Shown piece after piece: positions 1 to 12,603 of a stretch of DNA of 64,000 nt. The notes beneath the pieces are model-generated. The model ran no database searches. It worked only from the letters and a program-made list of their open reading frames with translations, and was not told where the DNA came from. Source of the stretch: Camelus ferus (taxonomy: Eukaryota); contig NC_045696.1 in the NCBI RefSeq assembly GCF_009834535.1, positions 35,900,001-35,964,000 of the forward strand, written 5' to 3'. The translations under genes were made by a program, and so were the position numbers. Positions within the stretch are counted from its first letter, which is position 1; the number at the start of each line of letters is the position of its first letter.

Positions 1-1749
1 TCACTCCCTGCCCCAGTGGTATAAATTGATACAATGTTCCAGAATTTCTTTTAACAAATTTTCAAGAGGTTTAAATATGTTTGTAATATTTGACTCAGCA
101 ATTGTGCTTATAATAATTTAACCTAGAAAATAGAAGAGCCTTAAATTATATGTTTACAGTGGCAACATTGTTACTTGAAACAGAGAAAATTTATAATAGA
201 GAAATTCAAGAATTTTGGAAATTTTAAATAGAAAAAAATTTTTCTCTAATATATTCTGTATAATCATTAAATAGCATACCTTGAATAACAGCTAATAACA
301 ATATATAATGCTAATAACTTGTAATAATTTTTAAATTGTATAGAACATCTTGTAGAAAAGACAAAATTATAAAATCATATACAGTATATTAAATTTTTGG
401 AAAATAATTTATACACATGGAAAACAACACAAAAATAAATTGTGAATGGTGGTTAAACTTTTAGGTGGTAAGAATATTGTGGTTTTTTTCAAACTTTTCT
501 CAATTTTCTATCTTCCTAAAATGAACTTATATTACTAACAAAGAAAATACTTTATATAATAAAGGTCTGAAAAAAATTAGGCCTGAAAGAACAGAGAAAA
601 ACAAACATTAAGTTTGTCCTGCCAAACATCTCCCATTGCCATGGACAGAAAGAAAAAAAAATCAGACGGGATCAGCTATTGATATGAGGCATATTGCTGA
701 CTCAATGTCTTCACAATTTTTTTAACAAAAAGATTACTCTGAAAAATCTCAAGACCCTTACAACACTAGTCAGGAATAAGCAGTGCTGTTTTATTTTCTA
801 CATAGAAAGTTGAGGAACAGTATAGAATTTGCTTAAATTTGAATTTATGGCTTTTTTTTTGTAATTGCCAATTTCTACCTTTTTTCAAATATTCAGGCTT
901 AGATTGGATAAAAGGTGTTAATTATATTTTGGTCAGTAAACTAAATATTTTTTTCTATAAAATCATTGTGCTCTGCATGATTGTTATTGGCTTTCGATCA
1001 ACCACATGACCATCAGCTTAAGCAGCAAATACAGAATCAAGACACTTAGGACAAATGTAGGGCATTTGTATGCACAATCACATTCTAAACAGAAATATAA
1101 AGTTTGCGTTATCCTCCCTCTGAGCACTGTCAAGTTCACTGCTTTCCTACTGAAAAAGAATGAGACAGCTATTGCCTTAGCACTTTATACTTAACTTGAA
1201 TTTGCCTGTAGTCCCTTATGCATAATTTGAATAAACATTCAAAAAGATAAAACACAATGATTTCTAAGTTTTATATTACCTGATATCATTCATCTATAGA
1301 TTTTATTGACCTTACACTTAATCAACCTAAATATCTGAATAAGCTTTTTTTTTTAATTCCACAAAAACATTACATGCTGTCCAGGAGTTTAAAACCTAAA
1401 ACAGACCAAGATGTACCGAACAACAGGAATAATATCTTCATGATTTTTGTGTCTTTCAAAATGTTGCTAAAACACAAAGTGTTAAACATTGTGGAACCAA
1501 TTTTACTTCACTGTATATTTAATTTGCTTTAAATTTGTATGTAAAAACCCATACTATAAAAAGGAGAATACAGTTCTTTAAGGGGATTTTTCTTGACAAA
1601 AGAATTCAAAATAAAATTGCATTAAGTATCAATTTCCTTAGCATAGTTACAAATGCGAAAATTAAATGTGCGTCCATTTACAAATATTTGTGTAAATTTT
1701 CTCAGTTGCATGTCAGATTTAGTATATATATATATATATATTGCAGTAT

Positions 1750-2296
1750 TCAAATGTCTCTTACAAATGCATCCTTTTTCAAAGGTGATCAAATTGATCT
1801 TCCTAAAGCATAGTTCTAAATAATCACTTTACACCTTAAGTTCCTTTTTGGTTTTTCGTTACTTCTACTTTTACTCCAAGAACAGTCCTGGAGAATTCAT
1901 CTTGTTCAACCATATATTTTCTACTCAACATTTCTAATCTTTTCAAAAATTTTTCCTTCGACCAAAACAGGCTACTTATTTTATTACCTGGAACATGCTT
2001 TTGTTGTGTTGCCTTTGTTGTGTTGCCTATGTTACTCCTTCTATTCTTATATCATAATTTCCCCACTTCTGTTGGCTGCCATATTGTCCATCCTTCAAAA
2101 CTTCAAAGGTCTTTTCGAATATTTTTAAACTCGATTTAATTTTTCTCACTAAGAATTCCCTTGATTATTCTACTATGTCATTTGTACATTTTATAACTTG
2201 CTTTGGTTACATTAATGTTTGTATTAGGCCTCTCATTCTTCCACAATCTGCGGAACTAGCAGAATACTTTGCTCAATAAATATTTGTTGAATTGAT
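1750..2296 (+). mobile_element. L2 LINE 3' remnant (highly decayed)
   Basis: Ends in the L2 tail motif CTCAATAAATATTTGTTGAATTGA (~2272-2295). Upstream sequence is pyrimidine-rich and L2-like; the start is approximate. Confidence 0.55.
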
Positions 2297-2704
2297 GGAC
2301 AAGGATACATTAAAAGGATAGTATAAGGGAAGGAATGACAGATATAAATGGATATAGCATAAACATCCCTACATGAAATGGAGAGGAATACACAACTGGG
2401 CTTTAGAGGACATGGTCATTATGCAGGCTAGGAGAATCACATCCAGTTTTGTATATGTTCTTAACATTTTACTTTACAAGTATAAGTTCTACTGGACAAG
2501 GATCATGTTCTATCCATCTTTGATTCATTTTCTAGCATTGCCAAATCACTACTATTTACACTTACTGATGAATTCACCTCAAGCTTCCCCACAATAATCA
2601 GGCACATGCTAACTAAGAATTCATTGGCTTTTGATCAGAATTTGGAAGTTATGATCTTAAATGTCAAAGCCATATAATCTATATTATTTTGAGAATTAAA
2701 TTGC

Positions 2705-4200
2705 CTTTTTTGTATGTGAAGACGTTTTTAGAATAGTTTTAAGTTCACAGCAATATGAGTGGAAGGCACAGAGATTTCCCACATCCCTCCCAGACTTGAC
2801 ATGTGCATAGCCATTATCAGCATCACCCATCGGAGTGGCACACTTGTTACAATGAACCTATACAGATGCATCACAATCATCCAAAGTCGAGAGTTTACCT
2901 TACTGTTCACTAGGTGTTGTACATTCTGTAAGTTTGGAAAAATGTATAATGGCATGTATATAACAACATAGTATCACACAAAATAGTTTCACTGCCCTAA
3001 AAATCCTGTGCCCTGACTACTCATTACTCCACCATTCTCCTCCCTTCTATCATTCCAGGGCAATCTCCACCATCCCAGGGCAATCACTGATCTTTTTTAC
3101 TGTCTTCATAGTTTTGCCTTTTCCAGAATGTCATATAGTTGTAATCATACAATATATACCTTTCAATATTGGCATCTTACAATTAGTAATATGTATTTGA
3201 AGTTCCTCCATGTTTCTTCATGGCTTGATAGCTCATTTCTTTTTAATGGTTAATAATATTCCATTGTCTGGGCAGTTTATTTATACACTCATCTTGAAGG
3301 GCATCTTGGTTTCTTCTGAGTTTTGAATTATGAATAAAGCTGATATAAACATTTGTGTGTAGGTTTTCATGTGGATATCCTTTTTGTAGATACCAAGCAG
3401 CATGATTGCTGGATCATATCATAAAAATATGCTTAGGTTTATAAGAAAATGCCAGGCTGTCTTCCAAAGTGTCTATACCATTTTTCACTCCCATCAGCAA
3501 TGAGTAAGAGTTACTGGTGATTTATACCCTTTCCAGTATTTGGTGTTTTTAGTATTTGGGATTTTGGCCATTCTAATAAGTAGGTAGTTGTATTACATTG
3601 TTATTTTAATTTGCAATTCCCTAATGACATATGACGTTGGACATTTTTTCTTATGATTATTTGTTATCTGTATATCTTCTTTGGTGAGGTGTCTATTCAG
3701 GTATTTTTCCTATTTTTCATGGGGTTGTTTGTGCCTTTATTGTTGTTTTAGAAGTCCCTTGTATATTTTAGATAACAATTCTTTATGGTTTTGCAAATAT
3801 TTCTTCCAATCTGTGGTTTGCCTTTTTATTCTCTTGACATTATCTTTTTCAGAGCAGAAAGTTATAATCTTCTAATTTAAAATTTAATTTTGAAATCCAG
3901 CTTATTAATTCTTTCTTCAATGGATTATGATATCTAAAAAGTACTGTATATAAACAGTCATTGCCATACCCAAGGTTATCTAATTTTTTTTTGTTTGTTT
4001 TCTTCTAGCAGTTTTATAGTTTTGTGTTTTACATTTAGTTCTATGTCCATTTTGAGTTCATTTTTGTGAAGGGTATAAGGTCTGTGTCTAGGTTTACTTT
4101 TTGCATGTGGATGTCCAGTTGTTCCAGCATCATTTGTTAAAAAGATTGTCTTTGCTCTTGTTCCTTTGTCAAGGATCAGTTGACTATGTTTATATGCAGC
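2705..4200 (-). mobile_element. Old L1 (L1MC-like) 3' UTR plus ORF2 C-terminal remnant
   Basis: AGAATAGTTTTAAGTTCACAGCAA..GAGATTTCCCACAT resembles an antisense L1MC 3' end. ORF 3976-4242(-) has the ORF2-like 'SQLILDKG' and 'ELNVKHKTIKLLEEN' segments. Confidence 0.8.
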
Positions 4201-4275
4201 CTTAGACTTAAAAAAGATTTTTCCAGTGGTTGTCCTACTCAAAGCATATAATTACAATATTGACTTATGACATTT

Positions 4276-4370
4276 AAAACTTGAGTTTACTGGAATTTGA
4301 CACAACATTGTAAAATGATTATAAATCAATAAAAAATGTTAAAAAAAACAGAAAAAAAAACTTGAGTTTA
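4276..4370 (+). mobile_element. Ultra-short 5'-truncated young L1 tail (~67 bp) with 14-bp TSD
   Basis: AAAACTTGAGTTTA at 4276-4289 and 4357-4370 flanks CTGGAATTTGACACAACATTGTAAAATG..AATAAA..A-tail. The left site is TTT|AAAA, an L1 endonuclease motif. The same tail sequence occurs at ~29518-29560. Confidence 0.92.
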
Positions 4371-4943
4371 AAGTTTAATTTAAACTTTGAAATTTTACAT
4401 ATTTAAAAGACAACATTTTGGAGCTATTTTTATTACAAAATAACACATTTATTGCATAAATATTATAAAACAAAGTTTAAAGAAAAATATTATAACACCA
4501 TCTCTCAGAGACAATCACTGTGCCATATTTTGGTTTGTATATTTCTGACCATTTTATGCATATTTGTATCTTTTTTCTCCCACAAAACCAGGAACTTAAC
4601 TTACAACATCTTTTTCACTGAAATACATTGGAAATATCTTTCAATACAAGCAAATATACCTCTACAATGTGTTATTTGATGGTAGAATGCATTTGGTTTA
4701 TTTTGATGTTTTATTTCTTTAGATAATTAATTCTTAGTGTTAAATCTTTGTGTAAGTGTTTGGTTATATCCTTAGGAAAATATCTTATAAATGAATTGTT
4801 GGTTCAGATGTCCCTACCCTCCATGTTCTCATACTTGAGGATTTAGTTGTGTATAATATCTAAGCTTCTTTCCTAAATCTCCAGGTCTGGCTTGTGACGG
4901 AACTGGAAAGCTTTGGTACCATACTGGTGAAGGCATAATAGAA

Positions 4944-4945
<2 letters not shown>

Positions 4946-4995
<50 letters not shown>

Positions 4996-5004
4996 TAATA
5001 ATAA
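4946..5004. repeat. (TAA)n microsatellite
   Basis: About 16 perfect TAA units followed by an interrupted tail; it produces the poly-Ile ORF at 4860-5060. Confidence 0.97.
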
Positions 5005-5089
5005 AAGAAGCTTTTGCATATTATGCCATCAGGCGACTTAACAATGAGGTTGAAAGACATTGCTTAAATCATCCCCAATGTGGTCTTTC

Positions 5090-5456
5090 TTTGTTTTCTA
5101 CCGAAACAGTACCATAGATGGAGTTGCTAAACAACAAAAAATTATTTCCTTGCAGTTCTCGAGGCTAGAAGTCCAAGATGAAGGTGTCAGCAGGGCTCAT
5201 TTTGTCTGGGAGCCTCTTCCCTTGCCTTATAGTTTCTGCCAGTGTCTTCACTGGGTTTTCCCTCTGTGTCTATTTCCAAATTTCCTTTTCTTATAAAAGT
5301 AATGAGTCATATTGGATTACAGTCTACCCTAATGATCTCATTTAACCTTAACTACTTCTCTAAAGACTCTATCTCCAAATACAGTGACATTCTGAGGTAC
5401 CGAGGGCTACAACTTCAACATACAAATTGTGAGGGGATACAATTCAGCCCATAACA
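5090..5456 (-). mobile_element. MaLR solo LTR (MLT1B/C/D-like)
   Basis: GAGGCTAGAAGTCCAAGATGAAGGTGTCAGCAGG, TCTCCAAATACAGTGACATTCTGAGGTAC and the terminus CAATTCAGCCCATAACA are MLT1 hallmarks. Confidence 0.85.
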
Positions 5457-8289
5457 TTTGCATATTTTAATGTATATTCTTCTTGGAAAAGAATAGCCAT
5501 CCTTTTATTTTCCTTAGTTATGATAGAAGAAGATTTAAGATAGGCACATTTTATCAATCAGTAAGTAGATCCTTCCTCACTTAACCACTAAGATTTATAA
5601 GAGTGGGTGCTGGAACTGTCTTGTACATCCTTAAACTCATTGACTAGTATGTTATCTAAAACACAATAGGGACATAGTAAAGATTTATGGATTAGATGAA
5701 TATATGAAGGATATCCACTTACTTAAGAAACTGTGATAATTGGTACTAGGAAATCAAGAAAAATACTATTTTGCTTTCAAAGAGTGTGCAATATCAAAGG
5801 AAGGATTATAACATTTGAAGTCTGATGATTAAGCCATATTGCAAGCTCAAATGCCCTCAAAGATTAGGCAACTAATTTAAATGTGTGAAGAGGCTATTAT
5901 GAGTAAGAAAATAAGCAATCATAGGGTTTGTATAAACTAGAAAATCCATGCTAAACCAAATCAAATTAGACTTCCTTGAACAACCACAACAATACTGTGC
6001 TACACATCTGAGGGTTTATTCAGGACCACAGGGTATCAGTTCTTGACTCTTATTTAGGATACGCAGTTGCATTATTTTACAGATTTATAAAAGATAATTA
6101 AAATCAAACAGCCAGTGAATAGCACCTATTCTACAATGTAAGTGTTAAATCTTGGATCTGAGAAAGCACTGTAGGCCTGATAGCTCATTCTACCCATCAG
6201 TCCAATGCCAGACAGCAGTAGGATCTGGGCAATCTTTCAATGTCTCCAGTGGTTTAAAATATATAAGTAATACCATGTAGAAATCTTTACCAGTTTATAA
6301 ACTATATTAACTAATAATAGTAAACCTAATTTTTCCCAGATAAAATAATCTGTGAGTCCTTGAATTTATACGATAGACTAACCTTACTTAGTCTTTACCC
6401 AATTTTTAAAATGTGTTTCTGTTATTCTGCAGGGGCTTACAGATTATTTACAGAGATTCCATGTGGTTAAAAAAAACCCCACTTTGGATCCATTCCCATG
6501 AACTAATGTTATGTCTTTGTTTTTTCATAGCCACTATCAGTTCCCTCTCTATTGTACTATTCATGGTCTCAACTAAAGGAGTATCCAATATTGAATGAAT
6601 TCCTCAACCAAAACATATTCTCTCACAAAAGAGAAAGTAAATGATAAGTATTTTATATTCTACATTAGGCCCTGCACTTGATTTAATCTAGGAATATATG
6701 CACATATAAATTTTCATAGACATAGTTAATATGTTCCAGTTTTATAGCCCTCTCAAACTTTTTAGATATAGGTGAAGGGCTATAATCCCTTCTCTTTGAT
6801 AGATTTATGAATAGAATATATGTGTACATCATCTGACCTCCTGGCTGTACAGTTGGCTTCTTTTTGAATCAGATATTAATTTGGGAAGACATTTTAAGAT
6901 TTTCAATAAATATTACATGTTGCTGTTTAACACAAGGGGGACTTTTCCTCTTTGAATGAATTTAATATTCCTGAAAGGTTTCAGATAGTATTCATTGAGA
7001 TGCAAAATTACAAGATGCAGCCAGAAGCAATGGAAATTTCTTCGAAACACTCAGTGAGTACCCTGCTGAGCTCAAACGTCTCCACACATTCTCCTTCTCA
7101 TATTTAGGAGAACTGTAAATCGCTGGAAACAGCTACTTCATTTCTGTTCTCTGGCCAGTGCTGGAATCCCAGAAGACATTCCAGAGGATATGGGTTTGAT
7201 GGCTTCAGCACATCCTCCAGAGGACTCTGCATACAAACCACAGCTGAACTGGCCGCCTTTGGAAAGAAAGGGCATGTTTCCAGCCAGCAATAAGACTGCA
7301 TTATCTCTTTTCCCTAGGGAGAAAGATCCCTTTTGATCAAGTCTGCAGTCACCTCAGGGTCAGAAGAGAGCACCTTGCATTAGTCTTCTTGGCTCTTCCC
7401 CAGGCCGTGAGTGGAGCCCATCTGCTTCCCTGCCAGCATTTGTTTAAATTTGAGCAGCCGCATTAAGAAGGGAGGGGTCGGGGAAGGATGAGACATAAAG
7501 AAATCCAGGTATGAATTGGTGACCAGATGTTTCAGCTGGAGGGGGTAATCCCCCAATCTATTGCTAGAAAGCCCTATTTTTGTGTTGCTGAACTACACCA
7601 GTTTTCAGCACCCCAATCTATGTGCTCTCTCAGATTGAGGGTTCATTAACCTCCCTGCTTTAGAAGCACATTTGCAGGATAACAGATGAATGAACAAGGT
7701 TTCCTGCCTGACCAGAGTAGCATTTTTCCAGAAAAATCCCACCTATGTATTAAAACAAATTTTAAACTAAAACTTTGAATTCAATTATCTTGAAAGGGAA
7801 AAAAAACACACAAGATTTTATTTTATAACTATCTTTCTGTTAGATAGTATGAAACCATATTCAATGAAGCTCTTACTTTACCTATGGAAATTTGTTACCT
7901 ATACATTTCCAAATGTTTAATAAATCACCATATACACAGTATCATGGGTGATTGGCAAAATATTAAATATTTACTTTTAATTAGCAGCAAAACCTCCAAA
8001 TATTAGCAAATACGGATCTCATCACCTTCTTTAGGGAAGTTATTTCTTTGGTGAGCAGCAAAAAGTTTCTCTAGATTCCAAAATGATATGCAAATATTAC
8101 CAATGTTTGAAGGTCTACTGGAGGGAAATATGGCTGATGGTGGCAGAAAAGATAGGGGGTGAGTTAGTTCTTCTAATCCAGCATCTGTCACTAAATATAC
8201 GAGGAACACCAAACACACTGTCTTGCATTAAACAAATGCCTGTGACTTCTTTTCTTCCCCCAGTACTCTGAGAAAATTGCCTAGACTAG

Positions 8290-8472
8290 AACTTTGCTTC
8301 TCAAAGCGTGGGATGCAGACCAGAAGCTTCCAAACTACTCTGAAGCTTGTTAGAAATGAGAGCTCAAAGCCCTGTTCCCAGAATCACTGACTCAGAATCT
8401 ACATGAATAAATTTCTCTACCAAACAGGTCTCCCAGTGACACGTACACACACTAGAGTTTGCAAAGCACAGT
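8290..8472. mobile_element. MER5-like hAT-Charlie MITE
   Basis: TGCTTCTCAAAG..CTTGTTAGAAATG..ACTGACTCAGAATCT..AGTTTGCAAAGCACA. Confidence 0.7.
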
Positions 8473-8493
8473 GCAGATTAACTTCAAGGATGC

Positions 8494-8962
8494 TGTATGG
8501 TCAGGCCACTAAAGATGGCTGTTCTCCTGCTCTTTGTATATCCCCTGATTGACCAGTGCCTGCTTCACCTATACCTTACTCACAGGACTGACATTCCTAC
8601 ATACTTTTCCCAGGTCCCAGCTAGTGATTGTTGTAACTTTAGATCAGAACTCTCCACTATGCTTATCAAAGGGGCAGTAAGGGAGCATGCCCCTCTGCTG
8701 GTTTCCTTAGCAACCAACGAGCCAACCAGATGTCAGTTCTCCCCAGAACTGCTAACCTCTCCCTACCCCCGGAGTGAAACCTGCTACCATGTCCTGCCTA
8801 CCATCTGCCGCACACGGTAGGGAGTTGCTTCAGGACCTTGCTTCAGACATGTAAGAGTTTCTTATCCATTAAGCCACTAATGTCTCTGTCACTGACTCTG
8901 AGCTCTTTGATCTTGAAGCTGGGTGAGTACAGGACTTGTAGGCCTGCAGGTGCAGCCCAACA
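8494..8962 (+). mobile_element. Solo LTR, probably ERVL class (MER54/73/74-like)
   Basis: ~470-bp GC-richer unit with TGT...AACA termini and a U5-like end (GATCTTGAAGCTGGG..GCAGCCCAACA). The family assignment is tentative. Confidence 0.6.
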
Positions 8963-9639
8963 GAACCCCTTTTCAATAATCCATCACTGTATGGAATAAA
9001 AAGCCCACGAGGTATTGATACATCATCGAGGTATCCCAATTTAGCTCAAAGGAAGATTTTTGCTCTTGTTTTTTGTAGAACTGGAAAGCAAGCAACCACC
9101 ATGGGCATTTGTCTTTCTACATGAATATATGTGCATTGTGTGTTTGTGTTTCAGTCTGGAAAGAAGGAAAGTCAAAGTGATCAGGGGAAGAGATGAAGAT
9201 GGCAAAGAGAATGGAAGGAATGAGATGACTTTTGTTCTTGGTCTAGCATTAAGAACTAGTTTTGAAGTTCTAACAAAGAGGGCACATAACCAGAAGTTGA
9301 ATGCCATCATGATAACGCACGATGATTTGGTCTGGCGCAATAATTTCAAGCAGATGCACCTCCCCCAGTTTCTTCAGTAGGGACCAGCAGCAGCATCAGC
9401 AGGCATTGTGGAGCAGCAGATTTAAGTACTGTGCCCAGAAGACAATCAGGGAGTCAGCACGGTTAGGGAGCACAGCACGGGCAGTGAGCCTCCCTCAGAC
9501 TGCCTTTGGTTATTGCACTTATGGGATGTTACTAGAACAGAAGAAAATGCATGGACCATGGACAGATTTGGGAACACACATACACACTGAGGATGCCTAG
9601 AAATAATTGTTCTCTAGTCAAGCACTGGTAGTGAATCCA

Positions 9640-9900
9640 TCTTTCCCTTCATACCTGCAAATGTTTTAGTGAATGGTACTCCTATCCAACCAATTGCTCA
9701 AGCCAGGACCTAGAAATAATCTTTGACTTTCCTTCTGTGTCATTCCATCATGATACAGTCAATGAGCAAATCTGATCAATTAAAACTCTAATATTCTTTA
9801 TCTCCAGCAGCTTACCTCTAATTCTATCACTTCCCCACTCAGGGTAACATCTTGTTTCAAGAACAACCTTGCAACTGGCCACACTGAAACTGGTTTTGTT
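9640..9900 (+). mobile_element. L2 fragment
   Basis: ATCCAACCAATTGCTCAAGCCAGGACCTAGAAATAATCTTTGACT matches the L2 core. Confidence 0.6.
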
Positions 9901-12430
9901 TTCCTCTTACCCATTTATTATGGTCTGAAATTCCATTTTTAATCTTGTTTCTGTATAAGTCACTAGTTTCATCTTTTTTCCATTTCCTTACAACCTATGT
10001 GACATTTATGTGTATGAATTTTAATTTTCAAATTTTTTACACTTTGGTTCCAAATCTGAATCTTTCTACATGTCTCCCCAGTTGAGTGGGCTATCCCTTC
10101 TCAATTTAGCCAAAATATTACCCATCCTTCAAGATTTAACTTAGATGAGGGTGAAATAAACTAGATAATTTGGACTCCACAAAAAGTTTTAAAAAGTTAA
10201 ATGGAACATACAAGTAGAGGTTGCTTCCTCTCAGAGATCAAGGGGAGGTTCCTAGAGGTTTACTGAGACCTCAATTAACACTCTCATCTTTAACAATAAA
10301 CTAGCTAATGGATTTTAAAGTCAACACTGTCCTATCAGAACTTTAATAGGTGGATGATACATTTCTTTCATAGTACAATTTCTCAATGGAAGCATCTCAA
10401 ACCACTTTTCCTCTGTAAAGCATATGACACATAAGCTGTGACTAATCATAAGTAAATCTGAGTTACTAAACAGATGGACTAAACCACTATTTCTACTTAA
10501 TCACATGCCCCATGTTAATTGCTTCTACATGGCTTTGAGCATACAATATCAGAAAATAATCTAATTAAAGGTTATTAGGATGGCTCTGTAATAGCTCACT
10601 ATTGCTGGTTCTTAGCAGACACTTTGTTACCACAGAAAAGCCACCAAGAATTACAGCAACCTTGTTCTCCAAACTCATCCTCTACCTCCAGTTACATAAA
10701 TGACTCTAGCAAGTGGCGTAGTAGGCTTCTCTCTCTCTCTCTCAGATTTCAGACTCACTCCAAAAGGGAAACTTTTAACCCCAGAACTAGAGCATGGCAC
10801 AGCTCTATAGATTTACTTCACATGCATTTCACGTGACCAGTTCTCTCTGATGTTTATCACATGATTTTGCACATAGACTTTTCTCAAGGTCAAAAACACT
10901 GTCAAAATCAAGCACATTAATCTATGATAGCTTTAAATCTCAGATCTCCCAACTCAAGGAAATTGTTTTCAGAAACAAAATTTAACTATGTGGTACACAG
11001 TCAATTTAAAATAAAAAAGACTCACAGTCCTGCAAAATTCTCTCCTGCAGTTTACTCACAATTTAAATTCTTCTAAGAGAAGCAGAAAAAATGAAAAAGG
11101 CAGTGAAGAAATTCAGAGTCCTGCATCTGTGTCTTTTGGTAGGGGAGGGAGGAGAAGGTCCTTATTGACTCCCAGGTGTGTTTTTACCATAAATGAGTAT
11201 TATTTCTAACTCCTCTAACATTCACACAGTTTTCAATATTCGGAGAAATCTGAAGCCAAGTCAGCTTTACTTGGTTCCTCTTTTTCCTGGTGAACATTTT
11301 ACATAACTATTGTGAGATGGTGTCTTCAGAAATTCCTCTCTTCAAAATTCCTTTTATTGGACATAATATCCCTCCCAACTTGGAAATGCAAACAGACCTA
11401 TATATTTCCCATTTCTTGACTGTTCTGGCAATTTTCCCTGAAAGGGAGGAAAAACCCTATAAAATTTCTTTCGGCCCCCCAAAGCAGAAACATCTGCTGG
11501 AGTCATGAGTAGCTTGCTGGCGCTGCTTCGAAGTCCCAGCCTGGAGTTGATTATCTCCCCACTTCACCAGGGTCCATGTACTCAGCAAGGAACGCACTGA
11601 AAGGTTTCTGGGAAGACTCATTATAAATAATGAGAACATGGAAGAGAAGAAAGAGGGAAAAGGTTCAAGCTACTCTGGCCTATGTATTTTATGAGTTTCA
11701 CAAACTAAAATCATTAGACCACCAAACTGCTCAATTAGAAATCAAGATTTAAAAAATTAGGCCATTGCTTTCTGTAAATACAGCTGCTTGGCAAATGCAA
11801 ATGAAAAGAGTGAGAGATTGCTGGTTGATTTTTTTTCCTATCAGAAAAAAAAAAAGTTATTTTAAGTGACACTCTAGGGGTTGCTACTCTGTCTGTAAGT
11901 TGCATCTTACCTCACAGTGGGGCTGGCAGTGAGTAGAATTTTCTGGCTTGAATGCACAGGTATTTTTATTCTTTGAAATAGTTCAACAGGTGCAAGTCAA
12001 GTCTTGCTAGGAATGCTTATGTATGACAACGTACTGAACTCTTTCTTAAATTTATTCACTCCAACCAATGTACAGTATAACTTGTTGCAGAATTTTTAGT
12101 GTGCTGTCAATTCAATCAGTTACTTAACAGATGAAAATAACCGTAGTTCTTAGCATCCTCCAACAACCCCGACAATTTTATTATTTTTCTACCATCAGTT
12201 TTTCTAAAGTTAACAACTGACAGGGTCAAAATGCTTTGTCATTCTGATAGGATTGTAGGAAAACAACATGAACAAATTGGATATTAAAAAGCCTCATGTA
12301 AACATTTAGATTAAAATTTCAGTGTAAACCCAATAGGTACAAAAGAAAAGGTTAAAAACTAGTGAGCCGTGAGAGACGGTCTATGGAATAAAGTTCATTG
12401 GTATAAGAGGAGGTGACTTATTCTCCAAGA

Positions 12431-12603
12431 CAGGAGCTCTCAAATTTGACTGCATCGCAGGCCCCTGGAGGGCTTGTTAAACACATATTGCTGGGCTACA
12501 GCACAAAGTTTCTGATCCAGTAGGTCTGAGGTAGTGCATTTAAGTTCCCAGGTACAGGTTATGGAGCTGGCCTGGAGACCACACCTTTCCAACCAGTGCT
12601 CTA
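12431..12603. mobile_element. MER5A-like MITE
   Basis: CTCTCAAATTTGACTGCATC..CCTGGAGGGCTTGTTAAACACA..TTTCTGATCCAGTAGGTCTG..GACCACAC. Confidence 0.8.

Noticed and set aside
1999..2028. Short tandem duplication (TTTGTTGTGTTGCC x2), with similar cases near 30947, 37870, 38049 and 63180
   Set aside because: Ordinary slippage duplications; no CRISPR-like repeat-spacer array anywhere in the window.
4860..5060. Poly-isoleucine ORF
   Set aside because: Translation of the (TAA)n microsatellite.
7108..7336. Plus-strand acceptor followed by two open frames of ~60-75 codons
   Set aside because: No recognisable protein or downstream donor; the nearest upstream donor would give a ~54-nt intron, which is too short.
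8497..8820. 107-aa ORF with a signal-peptide-like start
   Set aside because: Lies entirely in a solo LTR; no homology recognised.
9041..9600. Overlapping 92-106 aa ORFs
   Set aside because: No motifs or exon structure; consistent with chance ORFs.
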